A DNA stretch of 64,000 bases, taken from contig MU054001.1 in the NCBI GenBank assembly GCA_013239625.1, forward strand, positions 1,615,884 through 1,679,883. Reading direction: 5' to 3'. A program made the position numbers and the translations under genes. This document shows, piece after piece, positions 1 to 13,907 of this stretch; position 1 is the first letter of the stretch, and each line of letters begins with the position of its first letter. A model generated the notes under the pieces. That model saw nothing but the letters and a program-made list of their open reading frames with translations, had not been told where the DNA came from and searched no databases. The DNA comes from Lama guanicoe. Lineage: Eukaryota.

Positions 1-409
1 TTTGCAAATATACAAGCGTCTCCTAAAAGGGGAGGCAACACACTGAAATGGGAATTTGAAAAGTATTTATTGGACGTCAGTTTTGACACCGACTTAAGGT
101 TCCTTTTTTGTTTCTTTTCTTTAACCGTGTTCTGTTGTGCAGATCCAAGAGAACCATCAGCATTCCAACACATAAGACCCCCCAACAGGTGACCCTTAGA
201 TTCTTCTATCCTGTTTCATATAAAAATGAAGTGTTTCAGAATGAGGCAAGAGTCAAAAATGTTAAATGAGCTAAGGAGTTTCAGTGCCTTGTGATTTCCT
301 AAACTACAGCAAGTGACGTTTGAGGTCTAAATCTTGAGACCCAGCCCAAGGCCTGCCTTCGGCAGTAAACCTTCCCCAAATGAGCCAGCCTTCAATTAGG
401 ACTTCAATG

Positions 410-800
410 CTGCAGTTCACATAGTAATCCAACAAATATTTATGATCCCTACGTAAGTATCAGGAGCTAAAATGGTGAGCAAGGGGAAGTCTCTGCTCTC
501 GTGGAGTTTACATCCCACTGAGCAGGATGGTCAACAAGTAAACCAAGAAACCAATTCCATGTTACCATAAGTACTAAGAAAAAGCTGAACGAGCTGCTAA
601 AATAGAAAAGAACAGTGCAGGAAAACCCAAGGAGGTGACATTTAAGCTGGTTAGTGAAGAATGAGGGGACCCAGTCAAGTCGTGAGCAGCCCAAAGAAGA
701 TGGTTCCAGGCAGAGGGAATTCCGGACATGAGGGAAGATAGAGGTGTGTTTTTAGGACCTGGCAAGGGACAGTTGCAGGAGGGAGAGAAGGGAAGAGGAG
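410..800 (-). mobile_element. LINE-2 (L2) 3' fragment
   Basis: caacaaatatttatga...ctac and gaggtgacatttaagctg...gttccaggcagagggaa are typical antisense L2 3' motifs. Confidence 0.65.
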
Positions 801-1529
801 GCAGGAGCAGCCCATGTGGGACTTCCTGTTTGGAACTCCCTTGGGTCCTTGGCATCCACCTGTGTGTATATCCAGGTCCTCAGACTAGACTGTCAGCCTC
901 TTCAGCACATAAAGCAAGGTTTCACCTCTTTGTTCAAGATAAGGTAAGATGTGTCTGTGTTTCCATGTATGTGTACATACAGTTCAGCTTAAGCCAAGCT
1001 ATAGTTTTTAAATTATTTTAATATGTCTTCCTCCCTTTTCTGCTTAACTTTAATTTCTTAATTTTATATTTGACATCTCATTTTGCTCTTTATAGAATTT
1101 AAAGCCAGAATATTGCATTTTTTGTTTTTAGCGCTTTCTCTGGCACTTAGAAGGGCTTTTTTTTTCCTTTTTGTCTTAGTTCCCATATATTCAGTGCAGG
1201 CAATAGTCTGCATAAAGTGATATAAATATGATCCTTAGATATGAGACATTATATAAGGATAACACTTAACATTACAATCTGAAACCTTCTGTCTTTTCTG
1301 TAAGTCTTGTGGGTATAAAATGTGCATCAAATATCACTTCTAATTCCTGCTCATCTAAACATATTCATTTTAAGACAACTTCTTTCATCATCGTTCTTAT
1401 TTGAGTGATATAGTCCTTGTATAATTTGAGTGTCTCAGTTTTCAATTGAAGCAAGCCTTTCCCATGCCTTCTTTTTCTCTCCCCTTAGAAATGTAGAAGC
1501 TTAAGGAGCTCTATCTAGATTAAAAACAG

Positions 1530-1760
1530 TAATAATAAAAGAGCAAACATTTACTCAGTGCTTACTATGTTCCAGGCACTGTTTACATGTATCATCTCAT
1601 TTGATCCTCACAAGAGCCCTACGAGATAGGTATAATTATTCTTAGTCTACATATAAGGAAACTGAGATCAGAGAGGTTATGTAACTTGTACAAGATTACA
1701 CAGCTAATAAGTCAGAAAGCAGAAATTTGAACCCAGAATGGATGCCCTTAACCACTCCAT
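1530..1760 (-). mobile_element. MIR SINE
   Basis: Core ctcatttgatcctcacaa...aaggaaactgagatcagagaggttatgtaacttgtacaagattacacagct...atttgaacccag. Confidence 0.85.
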
Positions 1761-2824
1761 CTTAATCCCTCTGTTTTATGCATCGTATAAAATAACAATC
1801 TTATCCACTTGCAGACCAGGATCTGCACTCTTCACAATTATGTAATTATTGTGTGAATAGATACTACCTTTGGTTTCAACTTAAAGGATTTCTGTTTTCT
1901 AATCAAAATGTATTGCTAGCTAAAAACAGGACTTAGTAAAGGAATGAAATGTTGAATACTTATTTTTAACAAATTATTTTAAAATATTGTCATGTCTACC
2001 TGTAAGCATTTGGAAAGAATTTTTTTTTGCATATTGTTCAAGGCATGATGTCTCAGAGACTTAGATTTTTATCTAAGAATGTTATCTAAAAAAACAAGAT
2101 TTCTTGTTTTGTTTCTGATTTGGAATGGATACATTTTGAAAATGGTTAAAATGGTAGTTTACAAGCATTCATGGTTTAAGCTGTGCTGCCAAGACATATC
2201 AAAAGAGTTCTTAACTGTAAATTCCTGTCATTCGGTCAGTCCAAGTGTGTTTGGCCTCAGCACAAGCCACTAATTCAAATCAGTTCCATCAGAACCCTGT
2301 AATTATATGTCTAAAAGTAAAATAAAACTTGGATGTTATGATTGTAGGTTAAAATATTGCGGAAATAATACAAACATTTCATATAGCTGTTGGGCAGAGG
2401 TACAACATTTATCTGACATAATTCAGAATATATAGAACACAGTTGTTTGAATTGCTTAGTAGCAATTCCAAAGTTGTGCATTTCTATAGAAAAGCTTGCA
2501 TTTCTATTTGAAATACTGCCCTAACCTCCAGGGTCTTTATTCACTTGATCCTTTTAGCCTTAAAAGTAGACGTGTCAAAATATGATCAGATAGTGTATAA
2601 TAGAGTGGACATCTGGTTCTTCTCTTCGCCTAGTAATTTTCTCAGATTCTAGAGATAAATGCTCATCAGGGCTTAGAAAAGTGGATTAGTGTTCATGTAA
2701 AGGCTGGGTGCACTATAATAATTCTAACAGTTCATGTAATAACTTATCTCACCTAATATAATTTTATTTCTATTGGAATAATTGGAAACTTTGAGATTTC
2801 ACAGTTAGTGATAAAAGCCCATGA

Positions 2825-3088
<264 letters not shown>

Positions 3089-5279
3089 TAAAACCTTCTT
3101 TTGGCTGGCTGTAAAGACGTTGAGTCACACATTAGTGAGATCCTTTGCAGCTCAAGCTGACTCTTTTGTTGAAGCTGGAATCCCCTCCCTGCATTCCCCC
3201 ACCGTCCTTACTCTCTCCTTCTGCCTTCCTTTGAATCAACAGAAATTTAAAAATAATTACTCGCATTTCACAAAAAAATTTCCATTTTGTTAGTATTGGG
3301 GGATGGTGTGATAAAAATTGGATTTTTGTCTATTGGATTTTTTTTAATGTTATGGAAGGCTCATGCAGTCAAGCCTTATTTCAGCTAAGGCATGTTACTC
3401 TAGGTGATCATTGTCATGTCTTTTGCAAGGTTTCTCTCTGATTCAGTGTTGCAGTCCAGTGATACAGTCACTGCAAACCCTGAGTCGTTTTGATCACTTG
3501 TTCCCCATCAGGATTCAGGCAGGAGTTAGGAATTCTTGACAAGAGATGTTCTCCTAGATTTTCAGCTCACCAGGTGGAGCCCCCACGAGGCCTTATTTCT
3601 ACCCTTTATCCTTGTGTCACAAATTTAGAACATGCTGAAGGAATCATGCTTTATGAAATCAAGACTTTTTTTTTAATCATAATCAGGCACGGCCTGGGCT
3701 ATACATAGTAAATGGAGGAATGAGGCTGAATCCTTGTCTCATCTGTTAAGGTAGCAGGGCCACCACTGGGAACATGTACAGAGTCTGTTCACTCATTTAT
3801 TCATGCATTAAACGAGCACTTAATTGAGCACCTCTTAAGTGCCAGGCACTCTGCTTACACCACAGTTCAGCTGGGGTTCGTATGTCAAGCTGCTTGTCCT
3901 GGGTATGTGTCAGGTGCTCGAAAGTCAGGATCAAGCCAAATGATTAACCAAATCAGCCCAGGTAACCAAATTAGAAACCTATTCTGGGAAATGTTATAAA
4001 CTATACGAATCACAACTTTGTTTAGCAGGCACAGAAGGAAAAGATAAAAGGACTAAAATACCAACCTAAGTCGCATTAAAGACACCCGGAACCAAGAAAG
4101 CCTGACAAAAATGACCAAAATTATCTGTGCTTTTCATTGTTAATCTTTTCTCCAATCCGTTCTGTTTCACAACCAACCCATCTCCTCATTCTGCAAGACC
4201 ACATATGGTCATACTGATCTGATACAAACAGCTCTTGTGGCCTTGAGCTGGGAAAGAGTCAGAAAATTAAACACTAATCAGGGCAGGTTTTTAATGCTTT
4301 GCTCCATGCCAGGCATGGAAGTGAGAAGTCCCAAAGAAGAGGGGAAGACTCGGGCGTGAGCTGGGGACCCCTTGTGCCCCAGCAACCTCCTTGCCTGCTC
4401 TTTTCTCCACCTTAAGTCTTTGTATACTAAGTTTTATTTGAAGATTTCTTTACAGATTTCCTTGGAATTAAACACACACACATAGTGAAAGTTCAAGTAA
4501 AACCACAAGGAAAGTAAACAGGAAACTATGTAAGTGCCGTCAAACTTACAAAGTCCAAAATTCTGGCCTTGAGTTACTAGTATCGCCGTCTACAGAGCGA
4601 TGGGGTCACAGGTACTGAATCAGCATCCCCTTTGCCCCCCACCACTGAGCTCAGAGAATTATCACTGAGAGCTGTGTCCCTTTCCCAGAAAAATGCACAG
4701 ACACTCAGAATTTTATATCTGCTTTCCTACAGCATCAGTTCATCGACCCTCAAATCCAGTCCATAGACCTTAAGATTCAGGCTCTGCCATTTTAAGTATT
4801 TCTAATCTCACACATAATCTATTTTAAATGGAATGCTTTCCTTAGAAAGATAAATAACATTGCAAGTTGTGATTATGTAACTTCTTTACAGTTGGTTGCC
4901 ATTCTGGTATTTGTTATGAACACCATGTTAGAACAATTTCTTCGTTGTCAGATACTGATCCTTTTTAGATCTTTTGCTTCTTACTAAGAAATTCTGATTC
5001 TGTTTGGGAGTCATTATCCTATAGCCTTTCCACTAGGTAAACGTCAGAATTAAATCTTTAGTTTAACTCCACAAGCAATGTGTATGTATACATGCAATAC
5101 ATCTAAAATGCATATCTTCATACACACATGACAAGCTTTAATTTTTATATGTCTAAGCTGCCAGTAAATTTTGGACTTTTAGAGAGCTGTTTTCATCTTT
5201 TCAACTACTGTGTCAGCTAGCCTATCTGAAGAAAAATCTGTTGAGTGATATTAACACTTTTCCGCTATTTTCTCCCTAG

Positions 5280-5392
5280 TTTTTGACACACGAGCAGATG
5301 GTGGAGGTATTGGCAAGCTCAGGGTAACAGTGGAAGCACTCCATGCCCTACGGTCTGTCTACGAGCAATACAGAGATGACTTGGAGGCTTGA
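5280..5392 (+). CDS. RPGRIP1L: RPGRIP1L terminal coding exon, including TGA stop
   Basis: Acceptor ttttctccctAG (5278-5279). Joins the previous exon in phase (G+TT=V) and reads [37 protein letters not shown], the RPGRIP1L C-terminus. TGA at 5390-5392. Confidence 0.96.
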
Positions 5393-8260
5393 AAGAAACC
5401 GCTCCAGAGGCATCTCCTACTCCTGAGTAAATGCTTACATACATGAAAGCGCTTAGATGAGATCTCTGTAATTACTCTGGTGTATATAATCTATAATTCA
5501 TGGGAGGCTGGGGGAAGGGAGGAGGCCTGGGTTTAAAGTGTTCAAGTTTTGTATACTTTTTCATTTGTTTATTTTTCTATTCCCTCCTTCCCATGACTGC
5601 CACCCCTCAGGACTTAAGTTCTCCACATTGGGCAACACCTTCTCAATAATTTATATCTACACGATAGCATGAGAAAGTCTATTTGCATTTTCAACATTTT
5701 CTTATGAAGAACTGAAATGCAATTCCCATTTTTATTTTTAATAAGCAAAAAGCATTAATCTTAGAAAACCTATGAAAAAGAAATACTTTTATGTTATCCC
5801 TAATTGTCCCACTAAATGGAATGCCTATGATTAGCCTCATTAAGAGTTTTATACTGTGAAGATTTTATTAGAAGCAATATATGAAAATTACTTGGATTAA
5901 TGTGTTAATCTTCCTCTTTAAAATGCTAATATCCATTTTATGCACATTAAAGCTCAGTATGCACTTTCTTTGATGCATGCCATTTCTATCAATTAAATAT
6001 AAAGAATGAGACTTGGCACCAACTTATTAAATTACTGCAAGTTTTTTTGTTATTCTGTCTTAAACATTACAGTTCTTATTTGTATGATTTTCATGTGTTT
6101 GTGATGGTAATATAGGACCCAGGGCTGTGTGTAGGTACAGAGATAGATACATAGATGTATATGAAATTCACACTTCGAAAACTTAGCTTATGACATAGGA
6201 AGAAAATACTAAAAATGTGGCTCAAATTCTGATATACTTAGTTAAACCTGAAAGGAGTATCTTTTTATCTTTTTTTAAAATTTGCATCAAGCTGGTACAA
6301 TGCTAGGATGTATCTGGATAACCAGATCCTCGAAAAGCAGCTCAGAAAGTTAATTTTCTAGCTTTTACTCAATCTCACTGAAGGATTTAATTGATATTTT
6401 TAATGGAGCTGTGAATCAATGCTGCAAAGGAATTGTCTCTAGAGGTCTGGGATATAATGCATTTCATTTTTTAATTTACTTTTTTATTTGTCATTTTCTT
6501 CAAAGGATTTTTATAGGCTGTGGGTTTTCACTGTTTGCAAACAGGCTATGTTCCTTCTTAAGCATATGTAAAGTATTCAGGGAGATAAGTAATTTATTAA
6601 AATCTACCTAATTTGCCGTGATATATTAAATCTCTGCTTCAGTGATCACAGACCATTTCATTTAGAGAATTAGGCATTCCCTCTTTGTGTGATTAAAGCT
6701 CTGGAAAATGAGTTCTTTGCTCCTATTTGTGAACATTCAAAGCCTGCTAATGGCAAGAAGATGGAATAGATTATGAGACAATTCATTACAGTTCAACAGA
6801 AAAAAAAAAGCAGCCATAATGCAAAAATGCAAGTATGAATATCTGCATATAGTTTGAACCATCTGTGCTCTAATGGCTTCAATAATGACTCTCGTCTTTA
6901 GGAGGCTTTGAAATGACATCCGTACAATATTAATTTGTTGATGTACATTGTGGGACCAGTAGAGTATGATCTGACTACAGAAATCTATAAATTCTGTCTC
7001 TACCATTGGGCCTCCCTGTCTGGGGCCGGCCATCTCCAAGAAGAATCTTGCTCTCATCAAACTCTGAGAATCTTCATAACAACTCATTCCTCTGGAACCT
7101 TCTAGAGACCACAAACATCTGTGGACTAAACCTCTCCAACCCTAGTAAACAGCCACATGTTTGTTGTCACTTCAGCTGGCTCTGAGCTCATCTTTTTGGC
7201 CCCTCTTTCTAGCTTTCTTTGGCTTTAAGCAGTTACAGTGTCATTAAGGCCCATAATATTCCCTGCACTAATTTAAAACAGCCGGATTATACCCTGGGAT
7301 TAACTGAGTGGTTTTTGAGACATTTATTGTGGTATTCTCCCAGGAGGTTTGTATTATTGTTTTAAAACGTTACATCCCAAACTAAAGACCCTTTCTGCAG
7401 GGAAGACCGGATTGTGCTGACTTCTTATGATCTTCAAGTGGAAAGGGGAAGTTTTTATTAGAAAACTTCTGAGATCTAGTCAACTGTGTGGAATGTATAC
7501 CTCAGATTACATTGGAGAATTAGCCATCTTTCTGTGACTTTCATGTGTATCATAACAGATTATTAAATATTCCTCTTCTAGTTTTAAAATACTGAGCTTC
7601 AAACTACATGAATTTTCACAAAACTCCTCATAAGAAGTTGAATAGCTGCTTGACACATTCTGAAGTGGGTAAGTGGTATTGGATGCTTCAAATGGGTTTC
7701 ATAATCTGTCTGAGAATAGGTTTTTTGGTTCTGTCTTGTGTTGACCAGAGTTCATTGAAAAGGTCAGTACCTTTCAGGATACAGAGCAGTGGTTTCCTCT
7801 TGGTGACCCAAGCCTGAGCCATTAAGTATGGCTTGAGGGTAGCGGGTGCCAACAGTGGCCCTGCCACCCAGATACACCAGCTTAAGGTAAAGCCTGTGTC
7901 AACTTACAGCTCTTGGTGTAAACGAACACAGTACACTCAGCATTTTTGGGGTTGTAATGCTTTTAGTTTGGGAGTATAAATAGAGACGTGATGTGGTGTG
8001 CGGGAGAGTGTATTTTACATGTTTTTGCCTACTGTAGTAGAAATGTCAAATTCCTAGCCACTGTCATGAGAAGCAGTTGACAAAAATAAGCTTTATGGTT
8101 TACAGTGTGGTTTACGTAGAGAACATTTCTCTTCACTCTCAGTTTCAACATGTTTTCTAAATTATCACGGTTTATTGCCATTTAACTTAAATTAGTTTTT
8201 TTAAGAATAAATAGAGAATATATTTAATCAAATAAAGAACAGCCACATTGAAATTCTGCT
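5393..8260 (+). other. RPGRIP1L: Putative RPGRIP1L 3' UTR (3' end uncertain)
   Basis: AT-rich, repeat-poor sequence after the stop codon. ATTAAA at 5946 and 5992; AATAAA at 8206, 8231 and 8591. Pumilio-type TGTATATA at 5481. Confidence 0.55.
8206..8236 (+). terminator. Tandem AATAAA polyadenylation signals (candidate distal RPGRIP1L polyA site)
   Basis: AATAAA at 8206-8211 and 8231-8236 in a T-rich context; usage is not demonstrable from sequence. Confidence 0.45.
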
Positions 8261-10299
8261 GTTCCTGCCATTCACTTGTTACCACAAAACACAAATAATT
8301 TCTACGTATTATAAAGAAGTATGGGCTGAGAAGTGGTCTTGTGATTGGGGAGGTTCTGTGTGCACCCACGTTCCCACAACAAAACATAAATTATTTTAGT
8401 AATCTGACATCAAGAGCTGTGACAATGAAAACCACTTCTTACACATGTTCTAACAAGAATCTGATTAACATTTTTGTGGATATGGAAAATAAGGTTTTTT
8501 TTAGTCAAACTGGCACTATTGCTGAATTTAGAATGATTTCCTTATGCTCTAGACAGCAAAATGTGCATCATGTCTGTGAGCAAATATGAGAATAAAATAC
8601 CGTCTTTGGGTAGCACAGAACAACCAAGGGAGAGCTTTGGGGATATAAAATTACTGCGTGATTGACAATACCAGGATGGTCATTCATCCCCAACTATGAG
8701 AGGACATTTTAATAAGTCACTCATGCCTGAAGGCCTGTGACTACCTTAACAAAGGAAAACCAAACCCATGATTTATTACAGATTGGGCAACCTGCCTAAT
8801 TAGATCCATGAATGGGAGCAAACGCAGCTTTACATCCCCTTTGTTCAGAACAAAAACAACCCCCAGGTCAGCCAGAAAGCTAAAAAAAATCAAAGCTATA
8901 GAAACAAGTGTTTTAGAAACTGGAAATACAGAATTAGAAAACATCTCCTCATCCCAACCTCTTTTATCTTGCAAGATAGAACACTCACTTCCATTTCAAA
9001 GCAGCACCAGTGGACTGCACCTTGCAGTCTGACCTCCTGCAAAATTGGGCCCGTGTTCCTGGTGTCGTCGCACCTTTTGTTCTTGCCCTTTCCTTTTCTG
9101 TATAACATTGACTATTACATTTCAGCCGCATTTCTCCTTCAGTTTTTCTGAAGTCAGATCTGGTTCCCTCAGACTCAGAACATGCCCTCTTTTCTTTGGT
9201 AGGTGCCTTTGGGCTGTTCCTCTGCTTTTTGCCCTTTCTCACTCTTTATTGAGTTCACCTTTCTCATCCCCGCCCCAGCATCACATCTCCCTTCATTGAA
9301 CATCATCATGATTTCTTTTTAAATCAGATTTACATCTTGATCTTTATGTTTCTGTCATCTGTTCTCCTCACACCTGTGTTCAGCGGCAGCATCTCCTCCC
9401 ACCTGTCTGTCCCTTCCTCATTTTCAGTTAGTCAGAGCACACATTTTTCCCTCCTCTTTTCTTGGTGCTATGGCCACTTCTTTAGAGAGCAGCATCTTTG
9501 ACATTTCCAGTGGCCTTCCCCAAAATGTTCCTTTGCGTCAAGGCTTTTCTTAATGTAACATGACAGGGGCACTCTTAGCCATCAGGAAACTAAGGAAACA
9601 GCAAGATGATTTCTGTGTCTGGTGCTTCTTGTACCTTTTTACAGTGAAGTAACTAACAGAGGCTGAAACTCAGAGCTCGCAGGAACCACTGGTAAGGAGC
9701 TGAAGCATTATGAGTGTGTAAGAAATGTTAAGGAAATATGTCATTAAAATCAAGCTGTATTTGGTGTAAGTGTGTTTTGTCATAGTTACACATGTCTTTA
9801 ACAACAGGGAAAAATAAGAGAAATTTTGGAAGAAAACTTAAAAGACTGCATACAACCTAGAGGTTAGGAAGACTTTTCTAACCAAGAGAGGAAAGACACG
9901 CTATAAAATAGTAGTAAAATAATGTATTGAATATGTAAGTGTTAAGGGAGGGTGGTAATTTTAATATCAGACTACATAGAATCCAAGGTGGAAAACAAGG
10001 GACAAGAAAAGATAGAATGTAATTCTTAGAGAGTCACAGATCAAAAAACAGGAGAAAGTCTAGAAGATTTGCTTAAGATGATTACTAAACTGAAATGAAT
10101 ACAGAATTGCATGAAGAACATTCAGCGAAAAATTAACCATGTTCTCAACTACAAAGGAAGTCTCAGTTTCCAAAGAATCAAAATCTTATGGGTTTGTTTC
10201 TGTGAGCACAATGCAATGAAATTAGAAATCAGTGATAAAAGGCTATCTAAAAAATAATTTTATCTAAAAGTTAAAAATATCTGTTCTTATTATTATGCT

Positions 10300-12500
10300 G
10301 AGTTCTAACAGGACAAGAAATAACCCACTCCTCCAACATAACTAGGAGACAGAAAATTCTGCAAACTTCACTTTACGTGTAAGTGGGGAAACAGACATCA
10401 GCTCCGAAGCCCACACCAGAGCGGGGAGCAAGGCAAGGTTTAAGCGCAAGAGAGGAGCCTGTGACAGGACTCTAGTGGCGGCACGACACAGATAATGTCA
10501 ACTAAGATTGTCCCAGAGTGAGGAAGTACTAAGGACCGGTCTGAGGCCTGGTGGATCAGAGTAGTGGCTACTGGGACAGGGAAAGGAGGAGGCTTGGAAA
10601 TGCAGAGGACCAGAGGTAGCAGCCTTGGAAAGATACCTCTTCCGGAAGAGAAAGCGGCATTTTGGAAGGAGGAGGTCCCCCTTAGAGGCATAATAATGAA
10701 ATGAAAGAAGGAACCAGCTGAAACTGTGGGCCCCAGAGAAACCAGGTACTATCGTTAAATGGTGTCAATATCAACACACAGTTATTCATTAAAGAAACTA
10801 CACTTCACGGTAGCAGCAACGGAGGACACTCTTGAGCTAACAAACCTTATAAGCCACCCAAACCCCCGCCCCACCCGTGTGACTTCCTGCCCTGGCTCGT
10901 CCAGGAAAATCTAAAACAACTTTTCATTTAAAAAGAGAATCCTGGATCCATATTCTGTAAGAAAACAAAATGAGAAAACTTTTCAGCAGGATGGAGTTCT
11001 ACCCCAGTAATGGTGAATTTGATGGTTTGGACCACCCTTCCTGTTAAGAACAACTTGGAAAACTAATTTTATCTCAGCTGTGAGAAATTACAGGAACAAG
11101 ATCTGGAAACAGGAAAGCCGGAAGATGCGTCAGTCCTGAAGGCCGATTTTTCCTAGATGCAGCTGCCAATCTGAAAGCATGGGTAAAAGACTCAGAAGCT
11201 GAACAGATCTTCCGACAGATTCATAGGGCTTTGAAGAACAGAAACTGTAATTTAGGGTCCACTGAAGACTAGGAGCCCCAGTAAATCCCCCAGGCTCAAA
11301 TTATTCCTGTGTTTTTTATGTACACTGTTTGGTACACATATAAAATTAACGATGCACATAAGGAGACAAAACCACATGACTGAAAGACTAAGACAACAGG
11401 CAGATGAAACACCTGTAAGTAATTCAGAAAATAGAATTATCACCTATAATCAAAAAAATGTTTAATATGTTGGTCGAGTTAAAAGACAATCTTGAGAATT
11501 TTGACATAGAATTGGATATTTGAAAAAGAACCAACTGGAAGTTTCATAAATGAAAATTAAAATAACTGAAATTAAGAATACATTATGTGGTTATCCAACC
11601 ACAAATCAGACACAACTGAAGAGAGACTTAGGGAACTGTAAATATAAAAATCAAGAACATACTCATTAAAATGCATGGAAGGAAGAATGGAAAATACTGA
11701 AGAAAAAAGGGCAGGGTGGTTAATAGACTAGGGATTGTGTGGAAAGTTATACACACTGAGATATTGCAAGTTTGATTCCGGACCATCACAGTAAATCGAA
11801 CATCATAATAAAGCAAGTCACATGAATTTTTTCCCAGTGCATATGAAAGTTAATGTTCACAGTACACTGTAGTCTATTAAGTGTGTGATAGCATTATCTA
11901 AAAAAAATTTACATACCTTAATTTAAAACACTTTATTACTTAAAAATACTAACCATCATTTGAGCTTTCAGTGAGTCATCTCTTTGTAATAGTAACATCA
12001 AAGATCATTGATCACAGATCACCATAACAAATAGAATAATAATGAAAAAGCCTGAAACACTATGAGAATTACCAAAATGTGATACAGAGACACGAAGTGA
12101 GACAATGCTTTTGGAAAAATGGCATTGATGGGCTTACTTAATATAGGGTTGCCACAAAGCTTCAATTTGTAAAAAAAAAAAAAAAATCTGCAAAGCACAA
12201 TAAAACAAAGTGCATAAAACTAGGTAGACCTGTACACATAATTGAAGTCCAAGTTCTAAGAGAATAAGAATCAATATTCCAACATATATGGCTAAGAATT
12301 TTCCAGAATACAGAAAAGGCACAGTTATAAGAATGAATTAATGCTGCATGCCCAAGCTGGAAAAACAAAGAAAATTACTTAAAGCATGCCATAGAAAAAC
12401 TGTTGAAAACCAAAGACAAAGAGAAAATTTTTAAATTCAGAGACAAGAACAATACTAAGACGAGATCTGACTTAACTGAAGCAGAGGAAGCCATTAGAAA
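10300..12500 (+). mobile_element. Old L1 5' region/ORF1 remnant, interrupted by a Tigger element
   Basis: A-rich decayed ORF1-like sequence (aaaaagaaccaactggaag...aaaataactgaaattaagaat; aaaactgttgaaaaccaaagacaaagagaaaat). The 5' boundary is uncertain. Confidence 0.6.
11752..12232 (-). mobile_element. Internally deleted Tigger1 derivative (Tigger1a-like, TcMar DNA transposon)
   Basis: Both Tigger1 ends (gagatattgcaagtttgattccggacca...; ...gggttgccacaaagcttcaatttgtaaaaaa...aaaactaggtagacctg) joined without the transposase; flanked by TA. Confidence 0.85.
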
Positions 12501-12519
12501 TAGTATAAAACACTTCTAG

Positions 12520-13000
12520 GGCCCTACTTCACATTCTCCTTCCCCATCTTTTATTCACAAACAAGGAAGTTAACTCCGCAGGGAAACTCTTGAACAGCAG
12601 CAGTCAGGAGCCAGTGAATAAATAAATACTTCCCCTTTTCATCCCTCTGATGGACAACCCTGAGGTGCATTCTATAGGGTTCCAGCAAGAGTAAGCCCCA
12701 TCACTCATAGAGATGAACAACTTGCTAATACAACTTTGCATCTGCTTTTCCTTCTATTTTGCTTCTCCCAGACCCTCCCTCCTCTCTCTGGGATCATTTC
12801 CCAAATAAAGTACCTGCATGTAAGCTCTTGTTTCAGACCCCCTGTGAGGGAACCCCTGGTATCTAAGAGTAGATACCAGGAATGGCCCTAGAAATCAGAA
12901 CATCAGGATGGGACTCTGAAACTGGTTTACTCACTAATCAGATGGCGAAAAGGATGACATTATTTATGGTAAGTGGTGTTGTGAGAAACCCTATCACGTG
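12520..13000 (+). mobile_element. ERVL LTR (LTR16-like) with the start of the internal region
   Basis: LTR16-like body with aataaagtacctgca...gggaaccc, followed by internal-start-like agataccaggaatggccctagaaatcag...ggatgggactctgaaactgg. Confidence 0.6.
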
Positions 13001-13907
13001 ATAGATCTTAATGATGGTGAATTAAGATACACACATGATAAATTTTTTGTTGTTGAAGTACGGTCAGTTTACAGTGTTGTGTCAAAGTCAGATTCTTGAC
13101 AGTGGATTAAGATGGTAGGGAAAAAGTGAAACATGGTTATCAGCTATTTACTTTTCTGAATTTGTTATATTTCACTTTTTTCTTATTCAAGAAAACCTTT
13201 TCAGTAGATGAAAAACTACAGAAGAAATAAAGAAAACCAGCCCTGATTCAAAAGAAAATGTTACACAGTATTCCAACATGAATTAAATATCACTTAAAAA
13301 GCAATTGCAGATAGGGAAAAAAACAGATCAGGAATTTAAAAACTCAACATAGGCAAAGTGGAACTTATAATGGGAAATGATGTTAGGAAAGAAATTGGAA
13401 AAAAAGAAAAAAATTAACTTTGAAATGACTAAATTATAATATACTTAAGAAAAAATAAATATGACTAAAAGTAGACTAAGGAAGATAGTGGACAGAAATG
13501 AAAGGAGGCAAGAAAATAAAGAGGTAGAAAGAATCCATGAGAAAATATTAGCTATGATAGATAGGCAAACATAAGTAAGCTTTCCTGAAATAGAAGAACT
13601 GATTCTACATATTGAAAGTGTCCACCATGTATGAAAATTGCTTCAAAACTGTCAACTCTAAAACATATCCTAATAAAACAACTAGGCATTAAAGTTAAAG
13701 AAAAAATACCCTTTGGTTCTCCAAACCAAAAAAAAAAAAAGGCATTTATAAAGAAAACAAAATAGAGTTGACATTAGATTTCTCAGGAGCAACTTACAAA
13801 GCAGGACAGTAGTGAAATACTCATCAAAAAACTCAAAGTGTGAACCATGGATTTTTTTTCCCAACTCAACTATCCTTCAAATATGAAGGTTATATAGCAA
13901 ACCAGTT

